Source of the DNA: Hormiphora californensis
Taxonomy: Eukaryota; Animalia; Ctenophora
Assembly (NCBI GenBank): GCA_020137815.1
Contig: CM035359.1
Location: forward strand, 4,712,001-4,776,000
DNA length: 64,000 nt
Reading direction: 5' to 3'
Shown here: positions 1 to 13,488 of the stretch, in pieces
Layout: each line of letters begins with the position of its first letter
Numbering within the stretch: the first letter of the stretch is position 1
Translations under genes and position numbers: made by a program
The notes under the pieces: model-generated
What the model saw: only the letters and a program-made list of their open reading frames with translations
Told to the model about the DNA's origin: nothing
The model's database searches: none

Positions 1-140
1 CTAGACCTCCCCCCCCCCCCTCCCACTATATGGTATCTCACGTAGTCATGTGCAGGCACACAGACATTATAAAGAACCCTATAATAGGCGTCGAGGTGTC
101 TATTGGAGCTTGGTTTTATATTTTCTCCGAATATCTTTCC

Positions 141-185
141 CTCTCTATCTTCCCCTATGTCTATCTCTATCTTCCCCTATGTCTA

Positions 186-237
<52 letters not shown>

Positions 238-243
238 TCTTTC

Positions 244-298
<55 letters not shown>

Positions 299-311
299 AT
301 CTCTCTCTCTT
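141..311. repeat. (CT)n-rich microsatellite, representative of many such tracts (e.g. ~6640, 9350, 15660, 21240, 24017, 25033, 26635, 27260, 29880, 30535, 33530, 51720, 56655, 57895, 63925)
   Basis: Directly visible dinucleotide repeats; they generate the SLSLSL/ERERER ORFs. Confidence 0.95.
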
Positions 312-914
312 AGAATATTCACAGGGATGTGTGTCTGTGATGTGGTTAACGCAAGATATTCTCTATAGAAAATTATTATTTGACTAAAATTAAATATTCC
401 GGCATCAATATGAGGTATACAGTATAACAGGATACTGGTGGCTTTTATAATGGCAAATAATATATTTACTATACTGGGTGAGCATCCTAATTCTAAAGAT
501 ACCATTGGTCATAACCATACCAATGATCATAACCATAATAATATGATCGTCATAGTAATATTAGCAGACAATAGAAAAATGAATTTGGGAGGACTATATA
601 GTTGCCATAGAAACTACACACGTAAATGCCAAGCCCAAAAGATGAATCGGTTAACTCTGCAGCTAATCATCTGCGAGATCACTAGAATGACTGTTATAGT
701 CTGCTCTATTTTATTTTGGAAATGGATGTCGTCGATCTTATCCAGGAGAGATCTTGCCATGCATAACGGCGTGCGGTTTTGCGAATGCAGATCAGTTATC
801 ATATTATCATATCAACATGACTACCATTTAATTTTAATTTTTAGGCAAACCGGCCCGGTTGAAATGGTAAACGGTGTTGTACTGTTGTGACTCTGTCAAA
901 GGAAATATTGGAAG

Positions 915-1043
915 TAGGAAACGACCGACACAAGTAAACAACCATTGGTTGAACCAATCAGAGCTCGTTATTTAGGTCACGTGACTCAGTGACTGGTTAT
1001 CAGCCAATCAGGGACCAGTATTTCCTGATTTGTTCGGTTCCTG
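915..1043 (+). mobile_element. hAT-like MITE (family A)
   Basis: Ends TAGGAAACGACCGA...TTCGGTTCCTG; 8-bp TSD ATTGGAAG (907-914 / 1044-1051). Confidence 0.85.
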
Positions 1044-1102
1044 ATTGGAAGGATATAAAGCTGAACGCTCCTTTGATCTTCGTCATAGATCAAGCATATT
1101 AA

Positions 1103-1984
1103 CCCTTTGGAGACGATTGGGTCACAGGTGACCCAATACTTTGAACCCATTTAGCGTCTTTCTAGACCACGTTTGAAAGTTTTAAATTGTTTCCAGGGTT
1201 GAAACATACATTTTTCTACCATTTTGAGGTCGTTTTGAGCCTCTGAAGTCGTCGACTTCGGAAAACAGGGCTAAAACAGTGCATTTGGTAGGCAAAATGT
1301 GTAGTTTAATGGCCATATCTCAAAATTGGTACGAGTATCCTTAAAATGGACTTGGAAAATGCAAGAAAAGTGTATATTTTACTCCGGGGTAAAGTTTCAG
1401 GGTGATATTGCAAAGTTTGTGCCTCTCAGAGGCCTTCAAAGTGCTGGGTCACCTGTGACCCAATCGTCCCCTAACGCTAAAACAGAAATTTGCATTTTAC
1501 GAGCATTTCTAAAGGAATGGCCGCCGATAAAAGTCCAAAACGGCATTTTTTAAACAGGTGCTAGCGACTAACCGACTCCATCATTGTTATCTCAACATCC
1601 AAGGGAGTCGATAAAAAAATTTGTGAGATCCGTGCTCCTTCAGAAAATTTTTCATCTCGGCCAATTTTGAAATTCTAAAATCGGCTACAGATGAGATAGA
1701 GAGGTCCATAGGGTGTGCAAAATGTGCAGAACGGCCGGGTTTATATAAGTGTTATGAAGAAACATAGGGCCTAAAATGAACAGTTTTCGAGTTATGGGGC
1801 AAAATAGCTGCGAAATCTCAATTCCTGTTTTAGCGTTAGGGGACGATTGGGTCACAGGTGACCCAATAGAAATACAGGTGGTAGAATCGAAATTCCTTTT
1901 CCTACGTTTAAGTAGGTTCAAAGTAAGTGTCTCCAGAAAGTTTTAGAGAATTCTGTCGACAGGGGGCTTATCGTCCCCAAAGGG
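1103..1984 (+). mobile_element. piggyBac-like non-autonomous element (family B, 882 bp)
   Basis: TTAA on both sides; TIR CCCTTTGG(A/G)GACGAT; internal repeats of GACGATTGGGTCACAGGTGACCCA; near-identical copy at 37809-38690. Confidence 0.9.
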
Positions 1985-2968
1985 TTAAGCGAAGAAGAAG
2001 TGAAGAAGGAATTCCGTTGACTGGCACGTTCCCCCTATCCGACCAACTTACAATGCAAAAAGTACTGCAATATTAGAACCCATGTTTGCAAAGGAACCCC
2101 CTGTTCTCGAGCACAACTATGTTGCTCTGTATCGACTGAGCTAACAAGGCTCTACCATCCCCGACAGACAGAAGACGATCTGGTGGTGATTCCGAAAGGA
2201 TGATCCGGCACTATGCTGTCTGTGTGACTGTTTACAGTCCCAGATGAGCGGTCCAAACCAAACCAAACCAAAGGCTCTACCATAATCGTTAGATTTCAGC
2301 ACAATAAGAAATCCTCACAGTTGGGGGAAACAGTCGTCCCTGAATCTCAGGTTCAGGCCACGGAACAGACCTTATATGACCTCATCAGGTCTCAAAGGTA
2401 AATAACCGTGACCGTACCTAAAACTGAAATTTAAGCACGACTCTTTTAGTTTACATGATCATTGTATAACCACTTGGAAGACTCAGAAGATGCTGCATTC
2501 TATTTGTGCAATCTTCTGGCAATCATACAGCTGTTATGTATGCAGCTTTCGTAGTGATGGCTAATTTCCGCGGCCTGGAGGGAGTGAAGAAAAAGGAGGG
2601 ATCGGGTATAACCTAAAGAAGTTTATCAATCAATTCAAAGTTTTCAAGGTATTTAATAAGTATATATTTGACTGAATGCAGCTACTGCACAGTCCATACT
2701 TGACTGTTATAGTTGTAAATGCAGCAGGGAGCAGTAGACTGTAGACTTTGTAATAGGTCATTTTAGCCATGTGAGGTATTGAGGGTGGTCTAACAGCGTG
2801 TTATGTAAAAACAAGCTTATAACAAGCTATTTTATTTACATAAATCCAGAAAACATACACCTAATAATCAGTCTACTATATTGGGGAATTGTTTTCTGGC
2901 GGCAATAAAGATACGGTCTGGATATATCAGGCATAGGATTAGGACAGCATTTACATAAATATACAGAC

Positions 2969-3072
2969 AACAATTAGAGTACCAACTAGTTGCAGGTACT
3001 CTAATTGTTACTGGAGAATAAATGAAGTTATTCGAATAACTTCAGTTATTCTCCTGTAACAATTAGAGTACC
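2969..3072. repeat. Concatenated palindromes / fold-back sequence
   Basis: CAATTAGAGTACC..GGTACTCTAATTG followed by GGAGAATAAATGAAGTTATTCGAATAACTTCAGTTATTCTCC and another CAATTAGAGTACC. Confidence 0.75.
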
Positions 3073-3522
3073 ACTAGAATACCTTCAGTTATTTTCCAGT
3101 AAGTAGCCGTCAAAGATTGACGGTCAGACTGAACTCTGCAGTTCATCACGGTTATGTTATATAGTTACAAAAATGACGAAGCTAATGTTGGGCTACACAT
3201 ATATATATTGACAAACTATTCTCTACACTCATTCCGTCTCTCTCTCACTGCAGTTATCTCTTCTATATATCTCAGTCCCTCTATTTATTTACTCATTACT
3301 CACTCTCTCAAATTCCCCTCTATCACTCTATCTATCTCTCTGTATCCCCCGGCCTCTCTCCCTCCTCCCTAATTCCCCCCAACCAAACGGCACACCTTTC
3401 AGTGAGACTACATCTCTCTCCGTATAAAGGTATTGCTCTGCGAGTGTGTGCACCACCACCACACATATAATATACCGCATATAATGTAGAATTATTTGGA
3501 ATAAGGACCATGTGGAATGAAC

Positions 3523-3631
3523 CAGGAACCGACCGAAACAAGTAAAAAACCAATCAGAACTCGTTATTTAGGTCACGTTACTGGTTATTAGCCAATCAGG
3601 GACTAGTATTTCCTGATTCGGTCGGTTCCTG
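3523..3631 (+). mobile_element. hAT-like MITE (family A)
   Basis: TIR CAGGAACCGACCGAA / TTCGGTCGGTTCCTG; 8-bp TSD GAATGAAC. Confidence 0.9.
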
Positions 3632-4536
3632 GAATGAACACATGGTATCATCCAACGTGGCAGCAGCTCAAACCCCCCACCGAATTGACAGGTTTCCTAG
3701 TTCCTACCATCCAGGAATAACTAACTGTTCCAGATTATCCCAGTGGGTCCCACTGTTGAAGTGGGATAATATCCCACTTCAACATTTCTCACTCAATCAT
3801 ACTGTATGTTCAAGGTATGATGCCCCGGTTTTGGGTTTACGTGCAGTGTCGTGGTATATTGTTCACTTTCTAGTAGGGATCCCTTTTAGAAAGTGAACAA
3901 TATACCAGAGGAGTACGTAAGTAAGTTTAGTGAATCCACTCTTAATAAACAAACAATCTTGAGATTCTTTTTGTGAACTCACTCAACTCACTTACGTACT
4001 CTTCTGGATGTTGCATGACACATGGTGCAAATCATAGGTTATACCGATAAACAACGACAGCTTCCTACTGTTTCCTGGAGCCTAGTTTGCGCCCTGATTA
4101 TTATTCGCCCAACCCTAGAGAAATGATGGAGTCGAGTTCCTTCTTAGATGGCCTCCAAATTGGAGAGAGAGAGGGAAAGAGAGGGAGAGAGAAGAAAGTT
4201 GAATGTAGGTATGAAAGGAAAGAGGAAAATGAGGTAAAACGCATATTGAATTTGCATTCAAATAACTTGGCACAGAAAGTTTTGCAGTTGCACAGGGAAG
4301 GAAACGTGACTCTAGCTCACTTAATTTTACACACGTGCATCTAGACCACTCAAATGTGAGTTTTCTAAATCTCTCGTTTAAAAACCTGCATTTTGAAAGT
4401 TGCGTATAATTACGAAGGACTCTCTCATGTTTGTGGTGAAAACTGCAGGACTGATCACCCGCGCCAGGTGTCTATGTGTCACCAAATCACCCTGCGGGTT
4501 AAAAATGTTACAGGTGCGTAGTAGCTTTGTTTCCAA

Positions 4537-4764
4537 CATTTTGGTGTAGGTATACTGCATTCAGTTCCCTACTTTAGCACATACTTAGCACTTCATAATT
4601 GCAGCTTCTAGTAAGTTATATAGTCTAGCACTTTACAGCCCGTTACCAGTACCATTTTGGTGTAGGTACTGCATGCAGTTCCTTACTTTAGCACATACTT
4701 AGCACTTCATAATTGCAGCTTCTAGTAAGTTATATAGTCTAGCACTTTACAGCCCGTTACCAGT
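4537..4764. repeat. ~115-bp tandem duplication
   Basis: CATTTTGGTGTAGGTA...CAGCCCGTTACCAGT occurs twice, adjacent. Confidence 0.85.
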
Positions 4765-7380
4765 GCTATAAGGAGTTCCGAGAAACTGCAATTCGTGGTA
4801 CACACGTGGGATAGCGTCCATGTGTAGAGCCAGAGTTGTATAGTAGTAGGCCGTGAATTATAGCTGACAGCATGGTACATTTGGATATTGATATTGGATA
4901 GTTTGACTAAAGTGTAAGTGATATTTCGATTTACTGCAGGACTCTTTGGAGGAAAGCTATTCCACAGTAAAGTATAAAGGTGTATAACTATGCAGTAAAT
5001 CAAGGCGAAATATAGCACTACACCCGCGACTACCCGAGTATTGTGTGGCTCTGCTCACCGCATTTTATTGTGAGGTTCGGTAAATCAATCGAGCTCAGCT
5101 TGGTACAATTAATATACACGTCTAGATGCGTGTTCTGCACAGTTTTGATTTTAACCCTTTGAGCTGCCCGCAACCCGATTAATTACTATAATATAATCTT
5201 CATGTAATTGATTGACCAATGCCCCGTGAAAGAAGACTAAATCTGAGATGTAAAATGGATATGCATGTGTGCATGATGAGGGATCGTGACCTGATAGTGA
5301 TAGATAGATAGGGATTTGTCACACAGCTCTATAATATGATAATACAGTTTTCCGGTATACCGCGTACTACTGCACTTGCTTTTATCACAAATCACGAATC
5401 AGCTTTTCTTCGTTAAATCCTAATATTCCGATCACCATTATTTTTATAATTGAGAGATTAAATCAAAACGCAATTGTTTGGTTGTCCAGCTTGATATGAG
5501 TCTCATGATGATATAATTCTGTTGTAATGATATGGACAATTGAGACTCTTTGGATTTCAGGATCAATAATTACGGTTAAATCAAAACTCTTTGAACACAA
5601 TTTGAATACTCATGGCTATACACAATTCCCGAACTCCCTTGCTTCTTCTTCTCGTACTACCGTATTATGTTGCCCACACGGTATTATGTTCTCATGATAA
5701 TAGCCTTCACACACGTTACATCTGTGTGACATATTAATTACAATATAGTGCGTGAGAAATGTTAAACTGACGCTACATTAGCATCTTTCCACAGATATAT
5801 CATATAATATTTTATCCTTTAGCGGTTTATACTTTATATAGGAAAACGAGGCAGCCATTATCATATATTATGAAACCATTATCTCATTGACAATATAATT
5901 GGGCTTATCCCTTTTTCGATGTGTGTGTAATTGTACATGTGCTCACTCTAGCTGAGCTGCAACATATGGTCTCCCGCGGCCTGCCTACTGCATGCCACCA
6001 ATATAGGATCTTTGTGGCGTACTGCTTTACCACCTAATCCAATCCTATAACGTTCTATAGACATACAGTATAACACATGTGTACCCTCTCTCTCTATTTA
6101 TATTTGCCTCAGCTCCTCCTTCTCCTATAAGACTCTCTGTATAAATTGTACCATGTGTGTCGATTGACGTCATAGCTCCATCTCTAGTCATCACACCTCG
6201 AGCAAGATTACAGTGGTTTTGTTGAAGACAACAACCGACCGAATCAGGAAATACTGGTCCCTGATTTCAGTCGGTTTCTGGTTGAAGACAACATTTATTT
6301 AGTTGCGTCCATCTGGAATCTTGGATCTCGAATGTTGAACATTCGAGATCCAAGAATGTTGGTGCATGATCTAACAAAGTCATATATTATGTCTAGGAAA
6401 TTCTGTCTGTTTCTTGGAATTAAACATTATACAAGGAATCAAACATATTATAGTTTAGGCTCATGATATTGCGTATAATATTCTATTCTCCATAATACAG
6501 TGGCATATCAGGATGTTTTGTTGTTTTGTTCAAACCCCGGGGCGCGGGGAGGGAGGGTCGAACAAGGCAAATGTTTTGAATTACTGGGCGTACCTGTTTT
6601 TCGAAAATGGCACACAGTTCGAACTGTACTGCGTGTCTCCTCTCCCTCTCCTTATAACTCCCTCTCCCTCTATCTTCCCCTCTCTCCCTCTATCCCTCTA
6701 TCCCTCTCTCTCTCCATCTTCCCCTCTCTCCCTCTCTCCCTCTCTCCCTCTATCCCTCTATCCCTCTCTCTCCCTCTCCATCTATCTTCCCCTTTCTCTC
6801 TATCTTCCCCTTTCTCTCTCTAAGCTAAGTTCATTTAGCACAGGTCTCTCGCTCAACCTATTCTCCTTCTGAAGATCTATGTTCTCCCAAGCCCACAGAG
6901 TTAGGACATAAACTTCTTTTGCCATTCTTTTTGTTTACCTTTCGCATTGCATTGAACAAACGTTTCATGTGTGAGTATAACAGCTGACATGAGTATGTCT
7001 GCGATATTTTGTGTTTATTCTTAAACCCTAACCCTTCCATCTCTCGGAAACTTAATTGTTTCATCTCGCCAGTAGAAATATAAATTCTAAAAATGTGTGT
7101 CGATAGTCGACACTTTCTCAAGATGTTTTTGTTTAGGTCAATTACCGATTAAAACTTTATCTAATATCTAAATCTACATTGCGTAAATATAGAATCTTAA
7201 GAGACGCGTATTATATAGTGGTCATATATTATGTAGCTTTCGGAACAGCTTTAATATACGTCATTTTGTCTCTCTAACTCCAGCTCTCTGTTTCTATAGA
7301 ATCGTCCTGCCAAATGTGTGATGACATATATCGTCAACTAGAAATGTTCCAACGTCGATATATCATGGAAACAAAACTCA

Positions 7381-8271
7381 TCTGCTGCTGTCTGAGCTGC
7401 TGCTGTCTGAGCTGCTGCTGTCTGAGCTGCTGCTGTCTGAGCTGCTGCTGTCTGAGCTGCTGCTGTCTGAGCTGCTGCTGTCTGAGCTGCTGCTGTCTGA
7501 GCTGCTGCTGTCTGAGCTGCTGCTGTCTGAGCTGCTGCTGTCTGAGCTGCTGCTGTCTGAGCTGCTGCTGTCTGAGCTGCTGCTGTCTGAGCTGCTGCTG
7601 TCTGAGCTGCTGCTGTCTGAGCTGCTGCTGTCTGAGCTGCTGTTGTCTGAGCTGCTGCTGTCTGAGCTGCTTTTGTCTGAGCTGCTGCTGTCTGAGCTGC
7701 TGCTGTCTGAGCTGCACTCCTGTCTGAGCTGCTGCTGTCTGAGCTGCTGCTGTCTGAGCTGCTGCTGTCTGAGCTGCTGCTGTCTGAGCTGCACTGCTGT
7801 CTGAGCTGCTGCTGTCTGAGCTGCTGCTGTCTGAGCTGCTGCTGTCTGAGCTGCTGCTGTCTGAGCTGCTGCTGTCTGAGCTGCTGCTGTCTGAGCTGCT
7901 GCTGTCTGAGCTGCTGCTGTCTGAGCTGCTGCTGTCTCATCTGCTGCTGTCTGAGCTGCTGCTGTCTGAGCTGCTGCTGTCTCATCTGCTGCTGTCTGAG
8001 CTGCTGCTGTCTGAGCTGCTGCTGTCTGAGCTGCTGCTGTCTGAGCTGCTGCTGTCTGAGCTGCTGCTGTCTGAGCTGCTGCTGTCTGAGCTACTCCTGT
8101 CTGAGCTGCTGCTGTCTGAGCTGCTGCTGTCTGAGCTGCTGCTGTCTGAGCTGCTGCTGTCTGAGCTGCTGCTGTCTGAGCTGCTGCTGTCTGAGCTGCT
8201 GCTGTCTGAGCTGCTGCTGTCTGAGCTGCTGCTGTCTGAGCTGCTGCTGTCTGAGCTGCTGCTGTCTGAGC
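7381..8271. repeat. 15-bp minisatellite (TCTGAGCTGCTGCTG)n, ~59 units
   Basis: Near-perfect tandem array; yields LSCCC/QTAAA/LRQQQ/DSSSS ORFs. Confidence 0.95.
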
Positions 8272-9379
8272 TTTTTTCTGAGATGCTATTCCGATGCCAA
8301 ATAATATCGTACCTATATTATAGAAATGGTATTTTCTAAGAGATTCGAAGATTAAGAAAAGACATTTTGCCACCTTTATAGTAAGAATAATAATTAGGGT
8401 TCCCAGATGTGCATATCGGATTGAAATTTACCTTCTCATTGAGAAGGTATATTTCAACCCCATCTAGCCATTGAATGTGGTGAAAGATATTCTGAGACAT
8501 TTCATGACGCACCGACACTGAGATTCCAATTCCAATAAATGGTCCAGATCCCAATTTCAAACCCGAGAGTTGATCTTTGACCCGTTTAGAGCGGATATTT
8601 AGATGACCATGAGGCCTCCAGACATTTTGTACCAATTATCCGAGTTAGTGGCGTACTATAGTATACCATATATATGTTGTATGTAATGTTGTTTTGTGTT
8701 TAGCGTCTATTATTGTAGTTACCAAGGTCATTAGCTATGAACAGTAAACACACAACTTGTACCCAACTGTTCAATACACCACTTAAAATGTTTTTGCTGC
8801 GTTTGTAAATTGTAATAGTATACATATATGTATACTACCTAGTAAGTAGAACTACTAGAGAGAGAACTTACTACTTAGAAATAAGGGTCTTTTGATTTTA
8901 CTTGTCAACAGATAGTTCATTTCAAATGCATCCGCAATTTGTAACCTCACCGCCAGACTTGCAATTACTTGACACTTAGTTCAAGACGCTTTACTATACG
9001 AGCATTATGGTGATACCTCTAACGGTCTGTATAGACTTGCCGGCTACGTGTTACATCATTCATTATCGCTTATATCATACATCTTTATACATGGTGTTGT
9101 CATAATTCCTGGGCAAGCAATACCCGCAGTTAGCATAACTATATCATCATATTGAGTTCCATTTCTCAATTTTTAGGTTGCCCCTATTATAACCGTTATA
9201 AGGAGATTGGAGAGCTATTCAGTTTGTGTGCTGTGTTACCCCGTTACTATAATTGTGACTCAACAAGTTACTATAGGTTACATCGATACATCGCTGTATA
9301 CAATGTTTGCTTTAAAAGTGAAATAAGTTTAAACGAAGGCGCCATTTTTCTCCCTCTCTCTCTCTCTCCCTCTCTCTGA

Positions 9380-9485
<106 letters not shown>

Positions 9486-10324
9486 CCATGCTCTCTCTCC
9501 CATTCACTCTCTCTATTTTCTCCCTCCGATCTGTCCTTCATGAAACTATTTTTATCATCTTTCTAGCTCTCCTTTTTTTATTTGTATAAAGATTCGAAAC
9601 TCTTCACCCATTATTAGTGTACTACGAAGAATGAGTTTTTGCACTTTGAGATTTCTAAACATGAAACTGCCTATAACAATATTGCAATTATTGGCTTCAT
9701 ATTAGAGTTTGTACTCTTTTGGATCGATTACCAACACCAATTTACTGGCCAAATTATAATATCTTGCTTAGAGCTTGAATCTTTGAATCTAATTCTAACA
9801 GTTTGCTATTGCATGACCAGTTTGATTCCTCAGAATTTAACGATTATATATAGTCACTTTTATTTCTTTATCATTTCTATCTTTAAGTAAACCTATATAA
9901 TTTATGATTTTATCAATAATTGAGTGTCGATTAGGCACGATTGTAGATTGTTTGAAAAAAAGTTGTTTCAATTTGTTAGTAATTTATTATTTTACCTGAA
10001 CCATGTCACTCCAGCAAAAGTTACAAACATGAACTATTTAGATCGTATCATTTAATCGTTTGCAGTTTTGCGGTGAAAAATGAGAGAAATTATAGTTGGA
10101 GAGATAGATTATTAGAGGATGAGCGATAGCTGAAGAAATGGTGGAGAGAGAAAGATATAGAAATATGTAGAGGGAGTGAGCTAGCGGTTTTTGCAAATGA
10201 GTTACTACCACTTAGTGTGTTTCGTTTTTAGTTTTAAAAATACTGATAATCTTATGAACATTACTGAAACTTGTATCTCTATTTTAAAACCTTCATTTGA
10301 ATTATTCATACTTTCTTTTTATTC

Positions 10325-10407
10325 TCCCGCACGTAACACAGTGTCAGGCGACTCAAGGGTAGCTATACCATTACCTTGAGTCGCCTGACACTGTCTTACG
10401 TGCGGGA
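10325..10407. repeat. Hairpin with ~34-bp arms
   Basis: TCCCGCACGTAACACAGTGTCAGGCGACTCAAGG / CCTTGAGTCGCCTGACACTGTCTTACGTGCGGGA. Confidence 0.8.
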
Positions 10408-11407
10408 AAGTATTGAACAATTCAACCATTACCACCTTTTCTCGCTTCGCGGGTTATCTAGGTACCCGCTCCCTTGAAAGCAAGGACATACTTGCCATGC
10501 TACGCAGTCTGTCTGTTCGGCACTTTAAGCTCGCGTAAGCTCACACCGGGCCTGTGAGAGCTGATAGGCAAGGAAAATGCCAAGGACATACGTGCGCCAC
10601 CCACTGCTCCCTGCTGGTGCTCGCGGTATTTTCCGTGAAACTAGAGACAACTAAATCTATAACGGAAAACAAACCAGTTGCAAATTGGTTCAATAGTTCG
10701 TTGCAGCCGGCTTTTCGAAAAAATCAACAACGGAGCGGACACCTAGTTATCTTATATGTGAGCTAAGCTCGATAATATTCCCTGTGCGACTTCTATAAGA
10801 AATAAAAAGGAATGGCCATTGCTTGGAAAATGGCATGAATACTATTATACTGGAGCTTTATTAAACATTTTGCCCAGCAATTATATATTTCCCTTTAATT
10901 AGTATCGTCATTCCCGCTGTAACTGCGGGTATTACTGATAGATATAGCGAATATTGTGCCAATTTGGCAGTTGTACGTGGTTGTATGGCATAGATTCTTC
11001 AAAAACTTTCTGAGTTGCCCTTGCCCCGTTCGACCCTCTCGAGGGTTAGATCATAATTATGATCTTTAACCCTCCAGAGGGTTGTTAACAAGTTTCCCTT
11101 GATTATAGTGTCTCAGTGCAAATTCACCCCTGCATGTCTCATTGGGGAAAGCAGTCGTGCTTGAACCTCAGGTTCAGGCCACGGAGCTATTTTCCACTGA
11201 GATCTGAGATCTCAAGTTTCAGTGACGGCTATTCCCTGGGTGCACCCATTGCCTCACCCATTGCCTCACCCATTGCCTCACCCATTGCCTCATTTTAAAC
11301 AGCTCAGTTTTTATTGAAACCCCACTGATCTGGAATAATTTGTTAGTTATCTCCGGAGCGCGGTGAAACAAGTTATCTGCTGATGAATGATGAGTTATAA
11401 CATATTA

Positions 11408-12369
11408 CAGTCGGACCCCGATTTACCGGGCCCCGATTTACCGGAACCCCGATTTACCGGGAGGATTTCTTTCCCCCGATTTTTTTTGGAAAATTTTCGA
11501 AGTTTGGCCAGTTGGTAAACTTGCATTTGCAGTTCGCTAGGTCTAATGGGGATCACGTATCGGTTCGTTTCGAACCGTCTAATTAGCGGCAGGACACGTG
11601 ATAAGATGCACCGATTCGAAACACGATTCGAACGTGGCTGGTATACCTTAGAAAAATTTCATAACTTTTTTTGCAAAATTTTACAGAATCATTGTCAATG
11701 CTTTGATCGATGCTCCCCGTAAATTTTCAGAGAAAAATTTATTTTGAAATTTTGATACTTCCTCACCCCGCTTAGGGTGCCCGGATTCGGCATGGTATCA
11801 CGTTTCGGTTTGTTTCGAACCGTCCAATTAGCGGCAGGGCACGTGATAAGATGTACCGATTCGAAACACGATTCGAACGTGGCTGGTATACCTTAGAAAA
11901 GTTTCATAACTTTTTTTTGCAAAATTTTACAGAATCATTGTCAATGCTTTGATCGATGCTCCCCGTAAATTTTCAGAGAAAAAGTTATTTTGAAACTTTG
12001 ATACTTCCTCACCCCGCTTAAGGTGCCCAGATTCGGCATGGTATCACGTATCAGTTCGTTTCGAACCGTCTAATTAGTAGCAGGACATGCGATAAGATGC
12101 ACCGATTCAGAACACGATTCGGACTTGGTCGGGGTGGTTTACCTTAGAAAAAGTTTTTACATTTTTTTTGAATTTTTTAAATTTTCTATTTCTAATGACA
12201 GAAGCAATGATCATATTGTCATCAATAAATGTATACTATACAGTTAGAGGTGTCTTGGACAAAAGTAGGATTTATGGGTCAAATATGCTCTACCCCGATA
12301 TACCGGGCACCCCGATTTACCGGGCAAAATGGCTTCCCCCGAGGATCCCGGTAAATCGGGGTCCGACTG
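11408..12369. mobile_element. Tc1/mariner(pogo)-like non-autonomous element (family C) with ~245-bp internal tandem repeats
   Basis: TA TSD; TIR CAGTCGGACCCCGATTTACCGGG; internal unit ATCACGTATCGGTTCGTTTCGAACCG... present ~2.5 times. Confidence 0.85.
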
Positions 12370-13408
12370 TAATTATAAATTAACATAATGACGTACTTGC
12401 AACCCACGTCAACTCAATTGCTTTGAACTGAACTTGTTGCCTCTTCCTGCCTAGACACTTCTTATATAGCTTAGCATGAATCTTTATATTCTTTATATGT
12501 TTAATTTACTGTTCCAAATTAACCTTTGTAAAGCTGTCTAATCTAGACTGAGAGAAAGATAGAAATTAAAGAGAAAGATAGAAAGAGAGATAGAAAGAGA
12601 GATAGAAAGAGAGATAGAAAGAGAAAGATAGAAAGAGAGATAGAGAGGAAGATAGCTTATGTATACCACCTTTGTTCAGGTCATATGACCCTTCCACTAA
12701 GCCTTTAAAAGGATTTCATATATGTTTCTCTATAGTCTTCCTTCCAAATTCCTAACCTCGATTTACCGGACAAAGGACTTTGTTGAGGTTTGAGTGCATA
12801 CATTTTATTATTATTTTTTTCTTTCTCCTTTTCTCTCTTAGTACTTGGCAGGGGAATTGAAGGGCTAAGGTTTAATTAGCTAATTAAGTTGGCTCGTGCC
12901 CATTATAATTTATCCTCAAGATATCCCCCTGCTTCACAACACTATATCTTATTTTCTATCTCGTACATGGGTGTCTTTAACCGCAGCTCTGGGTTCTAAT
13001 TTGGTCTAACTATTTGACGTCTAACCATGTCCCACAATACAAAATTAAAACGTCCACGTCAACTGTCATGGTAGACAGTAAAAACAGTTAGTTTTTGTGA
13101 ATTGTTAGCAAAAGTATTCTCGCCTGTTATTTTCTATTAAATCGTTGAAATGCAAACCGGATTTCCGATCCAGACATCTGTTTCTTTATTCTGTTTCTGT
13201 GGTACACCCCCACACATATAATAATTGCACGTGTAATGCAATACTGAGTTGTAATTGTATCAATATATACCCGGATATCTCCTATTTTAGATACTGCAAG
13301 TTGTAATTTGTATCACTATATATACCCGGATATCTCCTATTTTAGATATTGATACAATCATATCATTTCCTACAACCTGTTCTGGATGATACATTTCTCC
13401 TTCCACTA

Positions 13409-13488
13409 CAGTCAGACCCCGATTTACCGGGCACCCCAATTTACATGGCAAAATTAAAACTGTATCCCGGTAAATCGGGGTCCGACTG
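13409..13488. mobile_element. Tc1/mariner-like MITE (family C, 80 bp)
   Basis: TA TSD; CAGTCAGACCCCGATTTACCGGG / CCCGGTAAATCGGGGTCCGACTG. Confidence 0.85.

Noticed and set aside
30-387. Long SL/ER-rich ORFs here and throughout the window
   Set aside because: Translations of (CT/GA)n microsatellites.
398-890. Hydrophobic reading frames resembling a decayed membrane protein/GPCR
   Set aside because: No diagnostic motif and multiple stops; cannot be supported without a search.
1326-1921. ORFs inside the piggyBac-like element (also 38032-38627) as transposase
   Set aside because: Short, with no DDD motifs; they recur only because the element is duplicated.
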